A DNA stretch of 13,880 nt from Octopus sinensis (Eukaryota): positions 1 through 13,880 of the forward strand of contig NW_021826000.1 in NCBI RefSeq assembly GCF_006345805.1, read 5' to 3'. Of the stretch, positions 1 through 8,969 are shown piece by piece (within the stretch, counting starts at the first letter, position 1; every line of letters starts with the position of its first letter). The position numbers and the translations under genes were made by a program. The notes under the pieces are model-generated. The model was not told the DNA's origin. It saw only the letters and a program-made list of their open reading frames with translations, and did no database searches.

Positions 1-290
1 GCTTGTGTGTGTGTATGTGAGAATGTGTAAGTGTGTGTGTGAGTGTGTGTGTGTGTGTGTGTGTAGATAGGGGCTAGTGATTTTGACGTGTGTGGATGTG
101 TACGTGTGTAAGAATGTGCGTCTGTAATGTGTGGGTATGTGGATGATGGTGTATGGTGTGGGTGCTGGGAAGTGGTCAGTGCTAGTCTGCGCGGAGTGGT
201 GTGGGGTGGTGTGAAGTGGCGGTGTGTGGCGTGGGGGTGTGGTGATGACGGGTAGGGATGTGGGGTGTAGGTGGAAAGGGTATCAATGAA
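1..290. repeat. Degenerate (GT)n/GGT-rich low-complexity tract
   Basis: Near-pure gt repeats at 5-63 grading into gtg/ggt-rich sequence. Confidence 0.85.
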
Positions 291-419
291 GAAAGAAGGT
301 GGGTAGAAATGAAGAGAGGAGATGAGGGGTATTGAACCCATGTGTTGCTAAGGAGCGAAGAAAGAAGATTAATTCCAGTTCATGGCGAAGGCGGGAGTCC
401 GGAGGGCCCTGTGCAAAGA

Positions 420-610
420 CAACTCGAACACAAGTTTACAAAAAACAAAAGACGAAGACAGGTGGTGTAAACAACAAATAGATGTATTAGTTTAACGCTC
501 GGGAAGTGAGAAAGTCTTTTACGTTTCGAACTTACGCTCTTCGACAGAAAGGAACTCAGAAATAAACAGAGAGACAATAGAAAACGTTATAGTGGTTAGC
601 GATCTATCAT
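420..610 (-). mobile_element. Short non-autonomous repeat, probably Penelope-like-derived (copy 1)
   Basis: Homologous in reverse complement to ~12065-12275 (shared acaaaa..gacgaagacaggtgg, tgtattagt, gtcttttacgtttcga..tacgctcttcgacagaaa). Carries a hammerhead-like motif and lies next to (TA)n. Confidence 0.65.
516..551 (-). ncRNA. Variant minimal type I hammerhead ribozyme-like motif
   Basis: Minus strand reads cttt CTGTCGA a GAGC gtaa GTTC GAAA CGT A aaag: stem I cttt/aaag, stem II with one G-U, palindromic ACGT stem III, GUA triplet. Core has U at position 6 instead of A. Confidence 0.5.
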
Positions 611-637
611 AATTGACTATATATATATACATTCACT

Positions 638-734
638 GTTGTGTCTGGGGAGAGTCATTTTCTTTTTGTGCCTTATAATATAACACACTTATATTATAAA
701 GCACAAAAAGAAAATGACTCTACCCAGACACAAC
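638..734. repeat. 97-nt foldback, 46-bp arms, 5-nt loop
   Basis: 638-683 is the reverse complement of 689-734 at 44/46 positions; loop cacac. Confidence 0.95.
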
Positions 735-794
735 GAATATGTTTCAACACACGAACTCACATAAAGAATCTTGCAAGCCAAATCCCAAAACGAA

Positions 795-822
795 ATATAT
801 TATATATATATATATATATATA
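795..822. repeat. (TA)n microsatellite
   Basis: Direct reading. Confidence 0.95.
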
Positions 823-1096
823 GTCAATTCAATGAAATAATCAATTCAGGTAAATGAATAATAAAATTAAGAGACTATGTATCAGTTTGACGCTCAGTAA
901 AAAATATCTCGCTCGTTTTACTGAGTGTCACAGGAGTCAAGGGAGTCAGGGGGGACTGAAAAATGAAATTGGAAGAGCTGTTTTGACACCCACCAACTAC
1001 AAATATTGTGTCTCCCGGTAAAGACTTTTCGTTCATGAGATAATATTTATTCTGTCCCAAGGAACAAACGCAAACTTTCTGCCATTAATCTGCCAT

Positions 1097-2248
1097 CAAT
1101 ACATACATACAGTCATACATACAGTCATACATACATACATACATACATACATACATACATACATACATACATACATGCATGCATACATACATACATACAT
1201 ACATGCATACATACATACATACATACATACATACATACATACATACATACATGCATGCATACATACATACATACATACATACATACATACATACATAGAT
1301 ACATGCATACATACATACATACATACATGCATGCATGCATACATACATACATACATACGTACATACATACATACATACATACATACATGCATGCATGCAT
1401 ACATACATACATACATACATACATGCATACATACATACATGCATGCATGCATACATACATACATACATACATACATACATACATACACACATACATACAT
1501 ACATACATACATACATACATACATGCATACATACATACATACATACATACATGCATACATACATACATACACACATACATACATACATACATACATACAT
1601 ACATGCATGCATGCATACATACATACATACATACATACATCATACATGCATACATACATACATACATACAAACATACAGTCATACATACATACATACATA
1701 CATACATACATACATACATACATACAGTCATACATACAGTCATACATACATACATACATACATACATACATACATGCATGCATGCATACATACATACATA
1801 CATACATACATACATACACACATACATACATACATACATACATACATGCATGCATGCATGCATACATACATACATACATACATACATGCATACATACATA
1901 CATACATACATACATACATACATACATCATACATGCATACATACATACATACATACAAACATACAGTCATACATACAGTCATACATACATACATACATAC
2001 ATACATACATACATACATGCATACATACATACATACATACATACATACATACATGCATACATACATACATACACACATACATACATACATACATACATAC
2101 ATGCATGCATGCATACATACATACATACATACATACAATACATACATACATACATACATCATACATGCATACATACAAACATACAGTCATACATACAGTC
2201 ATACATACATACATACATACATACATACATACATACATACATACATAC
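1097..2248. repeat. ~1.15 kb (CATA)n array with CATG/CAGT/CAAA variants
   Basis: Direct reading; explains all the MYVC/HTYI ORFs. Confidence 0.98.
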
Positions 2249-2370
2249 AAAAACAGCCTGTTGTTGATGTTGACATTCCAATGAAGGAGCCTTGGATCAA
2301 GGTTAGAAACCGGTTCTTTCTCTTTTGGCAAGAAATCTTGAAATAAACTGAATAATGACATGCATACATA
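2249..2370 (+). mobile_element. Probable 3' fragment of an interspersed repeat ending in a short CATA-type tail
   Basis: Ends ...gaaataaactgaataatgacatgcatacatac; resembles from memory a recurrent octopus repeat end. No second copy here to confirm it. Confidence 0.4.
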
Positions 2371-2395
2371 CGACGGGATTCTTTCACATTTCGCC

Positions 2396-2605
2396 AAGTA
2401 ACTTCCACAAAAAATGGAAGACACGATATCGGACGGAAATTATCAACGGCGTTTCCTTTTGCTAGGTCTGTTCTGTTCAGCACAAAATGATTTCCCCGTG
2501 GATCAACCATGGCGGAATCAGTTCTCTGTTATTCAAGAAACTGTTTAGCTGCAGGGAAATTCCTTCGTGCTGTGAGCTCAGTATCCTTTTAACAGCAACC
2601 ATCCT
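2396..2605 (-). pseudogene. Frameshifted LINE reverse transcriptase fragment, R4/Dong-like
   Basis: Minus strand gives KRILSSQHEGISLQLNSFLNNRELIPPWLIHGEIILC, a frameshift, DLAKGNAVDNFRPISCLP, a frameshift, then WKLL. This matches the N-terminal RT motif KD.AKGN...N(Y/F)RPI.CLP..WKLL of R4/Dong-type LINEs. Confidence 0.8.
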
Positions 2606-2736
2606 TTTATAAATAGGAATAGCCTTCTCAGTTGCAATCACTATTTCCTGCTTTAATACGCTTCGAGTCGTTCATCTTTCACTCGTTTCATTATGTTCGT
2701 TTCCTGTCCCTGGACGTCATTCTGGGATTTCTTACT

Positions 2737-2737
2737 A

Positions 2738-2775
<38 letters not shown>
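2737..2775. repeat. (CA)n microsatellite
   Basis: Direct reading. Confidence 0.95.
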
Positions 2776-2776
<1 letters not shown>

Positions 2777-2847
2777 AGCGCATATGTAAACTCATGCCAA
2801 CATTGATGAGATACATACACACAATTATGCACACAGATTGACATTTA

Positions 2848-3012
2848 TTTCTTTTACTTATTTTAGTCATTAGGCCGCGGCCATGCTGCGGCACCGCCTT
2901 GAAAAAATTTAGTTGAACGAATCAACCCCAGTACTTATTGTTTCTATCGTACACTTTTGCCGAACCACTAAGTTACGGAGACGTATACATACCAACATGG
3001 GTTGTCATGTGG
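2848..3012 (-). mobile_element. Older, diverged SINE A-related 3' portion
   Basis: Aligns with the 3' half of the SINE A copies (gcggccatgctg..gcaccgcc, gccgaacc.ctaagttacgg.gacgta) with more substitutions. Confidence 0.75.
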
Positions 3013-3418
3013 GTTTACTGTTTTTTACTGTTTTTAATTGTTTCAATCATTTGACTGTGGCCGTGCTGGAGCACCGCCTTTTTGGTCGAGCAAATCGACC
3101 CCAGGACTTATTCTTTGTAAGCCTAGTACTTATTCTATCGGTCTCTTTTGCCGAACCGCTAAGTTACGGAGACGTAAACACACCAGCATCGGTTGTCAAG
3201 CGATGTTGGGGGGACAAACACAGACACACAAACACACACACACATACATATATATACATATATACGACGGGCTTCTTTCAGTTTTCGTCTACCAAATCCA
3301 CTCACAAGGCTTTGGTCGGCCCGAGGCTATAGTAGAAGACACTTGCCCAAGATGGAACGCAGTGGGACTGAACCCGGAACCATGTGGTTCGTAAGCAAGC
3401 TACTTACCACACAGCCAC
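3013..3418 (-). mobile_element. SINE A, near full length (tRNA-derived, octopus type)
   Basis: Sense head gtggctgtgtggtaag (A-box-like) and ggttcagtccc (B-box-like), internal CA/TA tract. Nearly the same sequence occurs at 3796-4199 and 12356-12742. Confidence 0.92.
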
Positions 3419-3551
3419 GGCGATAAATACACTCACACACACACACACATACACACACACAGTATTTGTGAGTGTAGATGTGTCTGTATTTGTCCCCACA
3501 CCCACATCCGCATAGTCTAAGGGAGATAACCCGTCCTCACTGACCTCTGCT

Positions 3552-3714
3552 CTATAACATAAGGGGGATCAGCCATCTGAATATGGCTAGAGAGATGGTG
3601 TCAGCCCTTCTGGTGACGTTGATGATCGCCTGGGGCTAAATGCATCAGTAACACCCCCACTACCCCGCCCTGTCCCTAGCCACATTCAGATGGCTGATCC
3701 CCCTTATAATATAG
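3552..3714. mobile_element. MITE-like inverted-repeat element
   Basis: 3552-3593 matches the reverse complement of 3673-3714 at 38/42. Possible core element 3562-3704 flanked by TA (3560-61, 3705-06). Confidence 0.7.
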
Positions 3715-3795
3715 GGATGGTATTATTAAAAGTGGTGAGCGAATTATTAGTCGTACAGGCAAATTAATAAAATATATACATACAATATTAGATAT

Positions 3796-4199
3796 ACTCT
3801 TTTACTCTTTTACTTGTTTCAGTCATTTGACTGCGGCCATGCTGGAGCACCGCCTTTAGTCGAGCAAATCGACCCCAGGACTTATTCTTTGTAAGCACAG
3901 TACTTATTCTATCGGTCTGTTTTTGCCGAACCGCTAAGTTACGGGGACGTAAACACACCAGCATCGGTTGTCAAGCAATGCTAGGGGGACAAACACAGAC
4001 ACACCAATACACACACACACACACATATATATATACGACAGGCTTCTTTCAGTTTCCGTCTACTAAATCCACTCACAAGGCATTGGTCGGCCCGGGGCTA
4101 TAGCAGAAGACACTTGCCCAAGATGCCACGCAGTGGGACTGAACCCGGAACCATGTGGTTGGTTAGCAAGCTACTTACCACACAGCCACTCCTGCGCCT
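3796..4199 (-). mobile_element. SINE A, full length
   Basis: Sense head aggcgcaggagtggctgtgtgg, B-box-like ggttcagtccc, tail (aagagtaa)n. Confidence 0.93.
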
Positions 4200-4351
4200 A
4201 TGTACATATATACACAAGGGTAGTACATAAATACCTATATCACTAATGATAGAAGTCAAAAAGTACTTCTGTACCACCGAAGAGTCACAATCTATTACAG
4301 ACAAGATATGAAAAAATATCAGTGAACAATAATAATGTCTTACCTCAAATG

Positions 4352-4357
<6 letters not shown>

Positions 4358-4415
<58 letters not shown>
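4358..4415. repeat. (TA)n microsatellite
   Basis: Direct reading. Confidence 0.97.
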
Positions 4416-4417
<2 letters not shown>

Positions 4418-4724
4418 AAATACAAAATGGGACAAGAACGCAAAACATCTGGACAGCTAGGCGACACAAAAGGGGACAACAAAACATCCAGACAGACGAT
4501 ACAAAGAAAACAAGGACGGGTCATTCGAAGCCCCCCATCCTCAATTAAGCACCAGACCATCTTCGCGATTTTGGAGATAGATATTGGTTAAATCGCTACA
4601 GCTGTTTCAAACGTGTTTTTTTTCTTTTGATGCAAGAATTAAACATTTTAAAAATTTAGAAAGAAGCATTACAAAAACACCCGAGTATGTACCATTACAT
4701 GATTTCCTGGCGAATTTCGGCAAG

Positions 4725-5300
4725 GACTTCTTTCAGTTTCTGTCTCCAAAAATCCACCTTTCGTCTACTCAAATTCACTTTTTGGTTGTATGGTCGACCC
4801 AAGTCTATAGTAGAAGACGTGGAGGCGCAATGGCCCAGTGGTTAGGGCAGCGGACTCGCGGTCGTAGGATCACGGTTTCGATTCCCAGACCGGGCGTTGT
4901 GAGTGTTTATTGAGCGAAAACACCTAAAAGCTCCACGAGGCTCCGGCAGGGGATGGTGGTGATCCCTGCTGTACTCTTTCACCACAACTTTCTCTCACTC
5001 TTACTTCCTGTTTCTGTTGTACCTGTATTTCAAAGGGCCGGCCTTGTCACTCTCTGTGTCACGCTGAATATCCCCGAGAACTACGTTAAGGGTACACGTG
5101 TCTGTGGAGTGCTCAGCCACTTACACGTTAATTTCACGAGCAGGCTGTTCCGTTGATCGGATCAACCGGAACCCTCGTCGTCGTAACCGACGGAGTGCTT
5201 CCAATAGTAGAAGACACTTGGCCAAGGTGCCATGCAGTGGGTTTGAACTCGGAACGATGTTGGGAAACAAGCTTCTTACCCCATAGTCACACCGCACCTA
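4725..5300 (-). mobile_element. Old SINE A 5' half interrupted by SINE B
   Basis: Removing 4819-5215 restores ...gtctatagtagaagacacttggccaaggtgccatgcagtggg..., colinear with the other SINE A copies. Confidence 0.85.
4819..5203 (+). mobile_element. SINE B, full length, tRNA-Arg-like head (OR-type family likely)
   Basis: A box tggcccagtgg (4831-4841), B-box variant gtttcgattcc (4875-4885), exact 12-bp TSD atagtagaagac at 4807-4818 and 5204-5215. Family name is an inference from the OK/OR1/OR2 octopus SINEs of Ohshima and Okada. Confidence 0.92.
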
Positions 5301-5561
5301 CTCTTACATCATAGGCACGCCTGCGCCTATTCATTCCGATTAAATATATAACTGTTGTACGTTTGAAGTTTACGTAAGTGTTGACATTAACATAATAAAT
5401 GGAGGATGTAATTCTCTCAGTGGGATGTCCGTGGATCCATTTTCACTGCTGAGAAAGCAGGCACTCAACTATGGAGGTGAGTCATAATGGAATTCCTCTG
5501 CAGAAATGGCTAATGCATCATCGTACCAGGACACTCTGATACATGCAGGTGTGCGCTCACA

Positions 5562-5644
5562 TCAATCAATCAATCAATCAATCAGTCTGTCTGTCTGTCT
5601 ATCTGTCTGTCTGTCTGCCTGTCTGCCTGTCTGGCTGGCTGGCT
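5562..5644. repeat. Compound (ATCA)n-(GTCT)n-(GGCT)n microsatellite
   Basis: Direct reading. Confidence 0.93.
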
Positions 5645-5755
5645 ACTTTCTTGCCTTTAGATATCTTTAGAGCCAGGACCCTTTCAGCACCCTTCGAAAT
5701 CAAACATTAAAAAATAAAAATAAAATCTATATCAAAGTAGCTAATCTCATAACGT

Positions 5756-5920
5756 TCCGAGCTAAAATTCCGCCGAGGTCGACTTTGCCTTTCATCCTTT
5801 CGGGGTCGATTAAATATGTACCAGTTACGCATTGGCGTCGATGTAATCGACTTAATCCTGTCTGTCTGTCCTTGTTTGTTTCCTCTCTGTGTGAAGCACC
5901 TTGTGGGCAGTAAAGAAATA
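5756..5920 (+). mobile_element. SINE C, 5'-truncated monomer
   Basis: Matches the units at 6228-6779; TSD agtagctaatctcataacgt / agtaactattctcataacgt (5736-5755, 5921-5940; 18/20). Confidence 0.88.
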
Positions 5921-5941
5921 AGTAACTATTCTCATAACGTA

Positions 5942-6889
5942 GGCGCGTCGGTTAGCCGCTTGGTTATTTAGCACATGATAGTGAGTTCAATTCCTGGCGG
6001 CGCGTTGTGTCCTTGAGCAAGACGCTTTATTTCTCGTTGCTCCAGTCCATTCAGCTGTCAAAAATGAGTTGCGTTTGTAATTCAAGGAGCTAACCTTTTC
6101 ACATCCTGTGTCACGCTGAATCTCCTTGAGAACTACGTTAAGGGTATGTGTGTCTGTGGACTACATTAAGGGTATGCAAGGTGGCGAGCTGGCAGAATCG
6201 TTAGCTCGCCGGGCGAAATGCGTAGCCGTATTTCGTCTGCCGTTACGTTCTGAGTTCAAATTCCGCCGAGGTCGAATTTGCCTTCCATCCTTTCGGGGTC
6301 GATTAAATAAGTACCAGTTACGCACTGGGATCGATATAATCGACTTAATCCGTTTGTCTGTCCTTGTTTTTCCCCTCTGTGTTTAGCCCCTTGTGGGTAG
6401 TAAAGAAATATGTATTTCGTCTGCCGTTATGTTCTGAGTTCAAATTCCGCCGAGGTCGACTTTGCCTTTCTTCCTTTCGGGGTTGATTAAATAAGTACCA
6501 GTTACGCACTGGGGGTCGATACAATCGACTTAATCCGTTTGTCTGTCCTTGTTTGTCCGCTCTGTGTTTAGTCCCTTGTGGGTAGTAAAGAAATAGGTAT
6601 TTCGTCTGCCGTTATGTTCTGAGTTCAAATTCCGCCGAGGTCGACTTTGCCTTTCTTCCTTTCGGGGTTGATAAATTAAGTACCATTTACGCACTGGGGC
6701 CGATATAATCGACTTAATCCGTTTGTCTGTCCTTGTTTGTCCTCTCTGTGTTTATCCCCTTGTGGGTAGTAAAGAAATAGGTATGCGTGTCTGTGGAATA
6801 CTCAGCTACCTGCGCGTTAATTTCATGAGCAGGCTCTTCGGTTGATCGTACCGATTGGAACACTCATCGTCGTAACCGACGGAGAGCCA
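5942..6889 (+). mobile_element. SINE D (host), interrupted by the SINE C trimer
   Basis: B box gagttcaattcc, central gtccttgagcaagacgctttatttc..cagctg block (CORE/Meta-like by recollection), 3' part homologous to the SINE B tail and resuming at 6787. Confidence 0.8.
6178..6779 (+). mobile_element. SINE C trimer: one head plus 184/185/184-bp tandem units
   Basis: Units start at 6228, 6412 and 6597; head ggcgagctggcagaatcgttagc; each unit has gagttcaaattcc; 7-bp TSD ggtatgc (6171-6177, 6780-6786). Confidence 0.92.
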
Positions 6890-7072
6890 GGACAAACGTG
6901 CTCCCATGGTCAATCTGTGATTGCCTTTTCTAGCCTAACAAAACCGATGAATATTGACCGAGATCTTCATCGCCGTTTCGCGAATCTCTTTGAAATCGAA
7001 ATCTTTGTATTCAGGTGGGCGTCTCCGAATGAAATTGGTAAATCTACTCCATGTATGTTATTGGGTAAATAA

Positions 7073-7387
7073 CGGGCGTTGTGAGTGTTTATTGAGCGAA
7101 AACACCTAAAAGCTCCACGAGGCTCCGGCAGGGGATGGTGGTGATCCCTGCTGTACTCTTTCACCACAACTTTCTCTCACTCTTACTTCCTGTTTCTGTT
7201 GTACCTGTATTTCAAAGGGCCGGCCTTGTCACTCTCTGTGTCACGCTGAATATCCCCGAGAACTACGTTAAGGGTCCACATGTCTGTGGAGTGCTCAGCC
7301 ACTTACACGTTAATTTCACGAGCAGGCTATTCCGTTGATTCGGATCAACCGGAACCCTCGTCGTCGTAACCGACGGAGTGCTTCCAA
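7073..7387 (+). mobile_element. SINE B, 5'-truncated
   Basis: 4 differences from 4891-5204; exact 13-bp TSD attgggtaaataa (7060-7072, 7388-7400). Confidence 0.94.
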
Positions 7388-7399
7388 ATTGGGTAAATA

Positions 7400-7659
7400 A
7401 TAATGGTGGTGATGGTGGTGGTAGTGGGGAAGATAATTAAAATGGTTTTGATGATGATGATGATGGTGATGATGCTGTGGTAGTGGTGGTGGTGGTGGTG
7501 CTGCTGCTGATAATGATGGTGATGATGGTAAGATAATTATGCAGACTTTGGTAATGGTAACAGTGATGATGGTGGCAGATGCGATGACGATGACGGCAAG
7601 TGTGGTGATGATGGTGGCGAGGGTGACGCCGGTGGTGGTTGTGCTTTTGGTGAGGGCAG

Positions 7660-7691
<32 letters not shown>

Positions 7692-8040
7692 CTGCTTCTG
7701 CTGACGATGACGACGACGACGACGATGATGATGACGTTGATGACGATGACGATGATAGTGGTGATAGTGGTAGTGATGATGGTGACAATGATGACGACCA
7801 TGACGACGACAATGTTGATAATGATGGTGGCGGTGATGGCATTGTTGCTGTTGTTGTTGTTGACGATGATGATGATGATGATGATGATGACGATGATGAC
7901 GATGATGATGACGATGATGATGATGATGGTGATGGTGATGATGATGATTATGACGGTGATGACGATGATGATGATTATGACGGTGATGACGATGATGATG
8001 ACGATGATGGCGATGATGATGACGATGATGATGATGATGT

Positions 8041-8084
<44 letters not shown>

Positions 8085-8144
8085 GTGATGGTGATGATGA
8101 TGATTATGACGGTGATGACGATGATGATGATGATGATGATGATG

Positions 8145-8188
<44 letters not shown>

Positions 8189-8227
8189 GATGATGATGAT
8201 GATGACGATGATGATGATGATGATGGT

Positions 8228-8261
<34 letters not shown>

Positions 8262-8377
8262 CGATGATGACGATGATGGCGATGATGATGACGATGATGA
8301 CGATGATGATGATGATGTGATGATGATTGGATGATGATGATGATGATGACGACGATGATGGCGATGATGGTAATGAT

Positions 8378-8412
<35 letters not shown>

Positions 8413-8522
8413 GCGATATGATGACGATGATGACGATGATGATGACGATGATGACGATGATGATGATGATGTTGATGATGATGATGATGATGATGATGAT
8501 GACGATGATGGCGATGATGGTA

Positions 8523-8556
<34 letters not shown>

Positions 8557-8587
8557 CGATGATGGCGATGATGATGACGATGATGAC

Positions 8588-8636
<49 letters not shown>

Positions 8637-8715
8637 ATGACGGTGATGACGATGATGATGACGATGATGGCGATGATGGTAATGATGATGATGACGATGA
8701 TGATGATGATGATGT

Positions 8716-8748
<33 letters not shown>

Positions 8749-8760
8749 CGACGGTGATAG
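7400..8760. repeat. ~1.35 kb (GAT)n-type trinucleotide array
   Basis: Direct reading; degenerate at the left end, purer from 7860. Confidence 0.97.
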
Positions 8761-8969
8761 CTTTATTGCTTGCAGATATTATTGTCATAGTTTGTTTTTT
8801 TTAAATATATATATTTTTGTTTTCTTTTTAATTTTTCGTTTAATATGCGAATCGAATTGCACAATGAACAGGATATAAATTCTTTATCTTATCTACGAAG
8901 CTATGTTGGTTCTCGGCAAAGAATGATAAGACAAGAGAGGAAGGATATAAGCAGAGATAAAAGGCAGAA

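Noticed and set aside
1085-2346. Long ORFs in all frames (MYVC.../HTYI...)
   Set aside because: A CATA repeat has no stop codon in any frame; these are artefacts.
4415-4575. Sequence after (TA)n resembling a recalled octopus repeat, with an internal caaaacatc..gacag duplication
   Set aside because: No second copy or terminal hallmark in the window, so it cannot be classified.
4821-4895. tRNA-Arg-like sequence
   Set aside because: It is the head of SINE B, continuous with the SINE body and inside a TSD; the cloverleaf is not intact.
5504-5548. Second small ag...gt candidate exon
   Set aside because: Weak donor, and only 27 nt from the preceding candidate, too short for an intron.
6228-6779. 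Regularly spaced direct repeats, CRISPR-like at first glance
   Set aside because: Whole 184-bp units repeat with no unique spacers, in a eukaryotic context with no cas genes.
4953-7338. Near-identical 67-aa ORFs at 4953 and 7135
   Set aside because: Both lie inside SINE B copies; the identity reflects the repeat.
7316-8804. Poly-Ile, poly-Met and the stop-free poly-Asp frame (7532-8227), reminiscent of acidic shell proteins such as Aspein
   Set aside because: Stop-free frames are expected from (GAT)n. There is no start or signal peptide ahead of the Asp frame, and frames shift at 8228 and later.
8847-8861. 14/15 inverted match to gtgcaattcgaatcg near 11588
   Set aside because: Too short and isolated to separate from chance.
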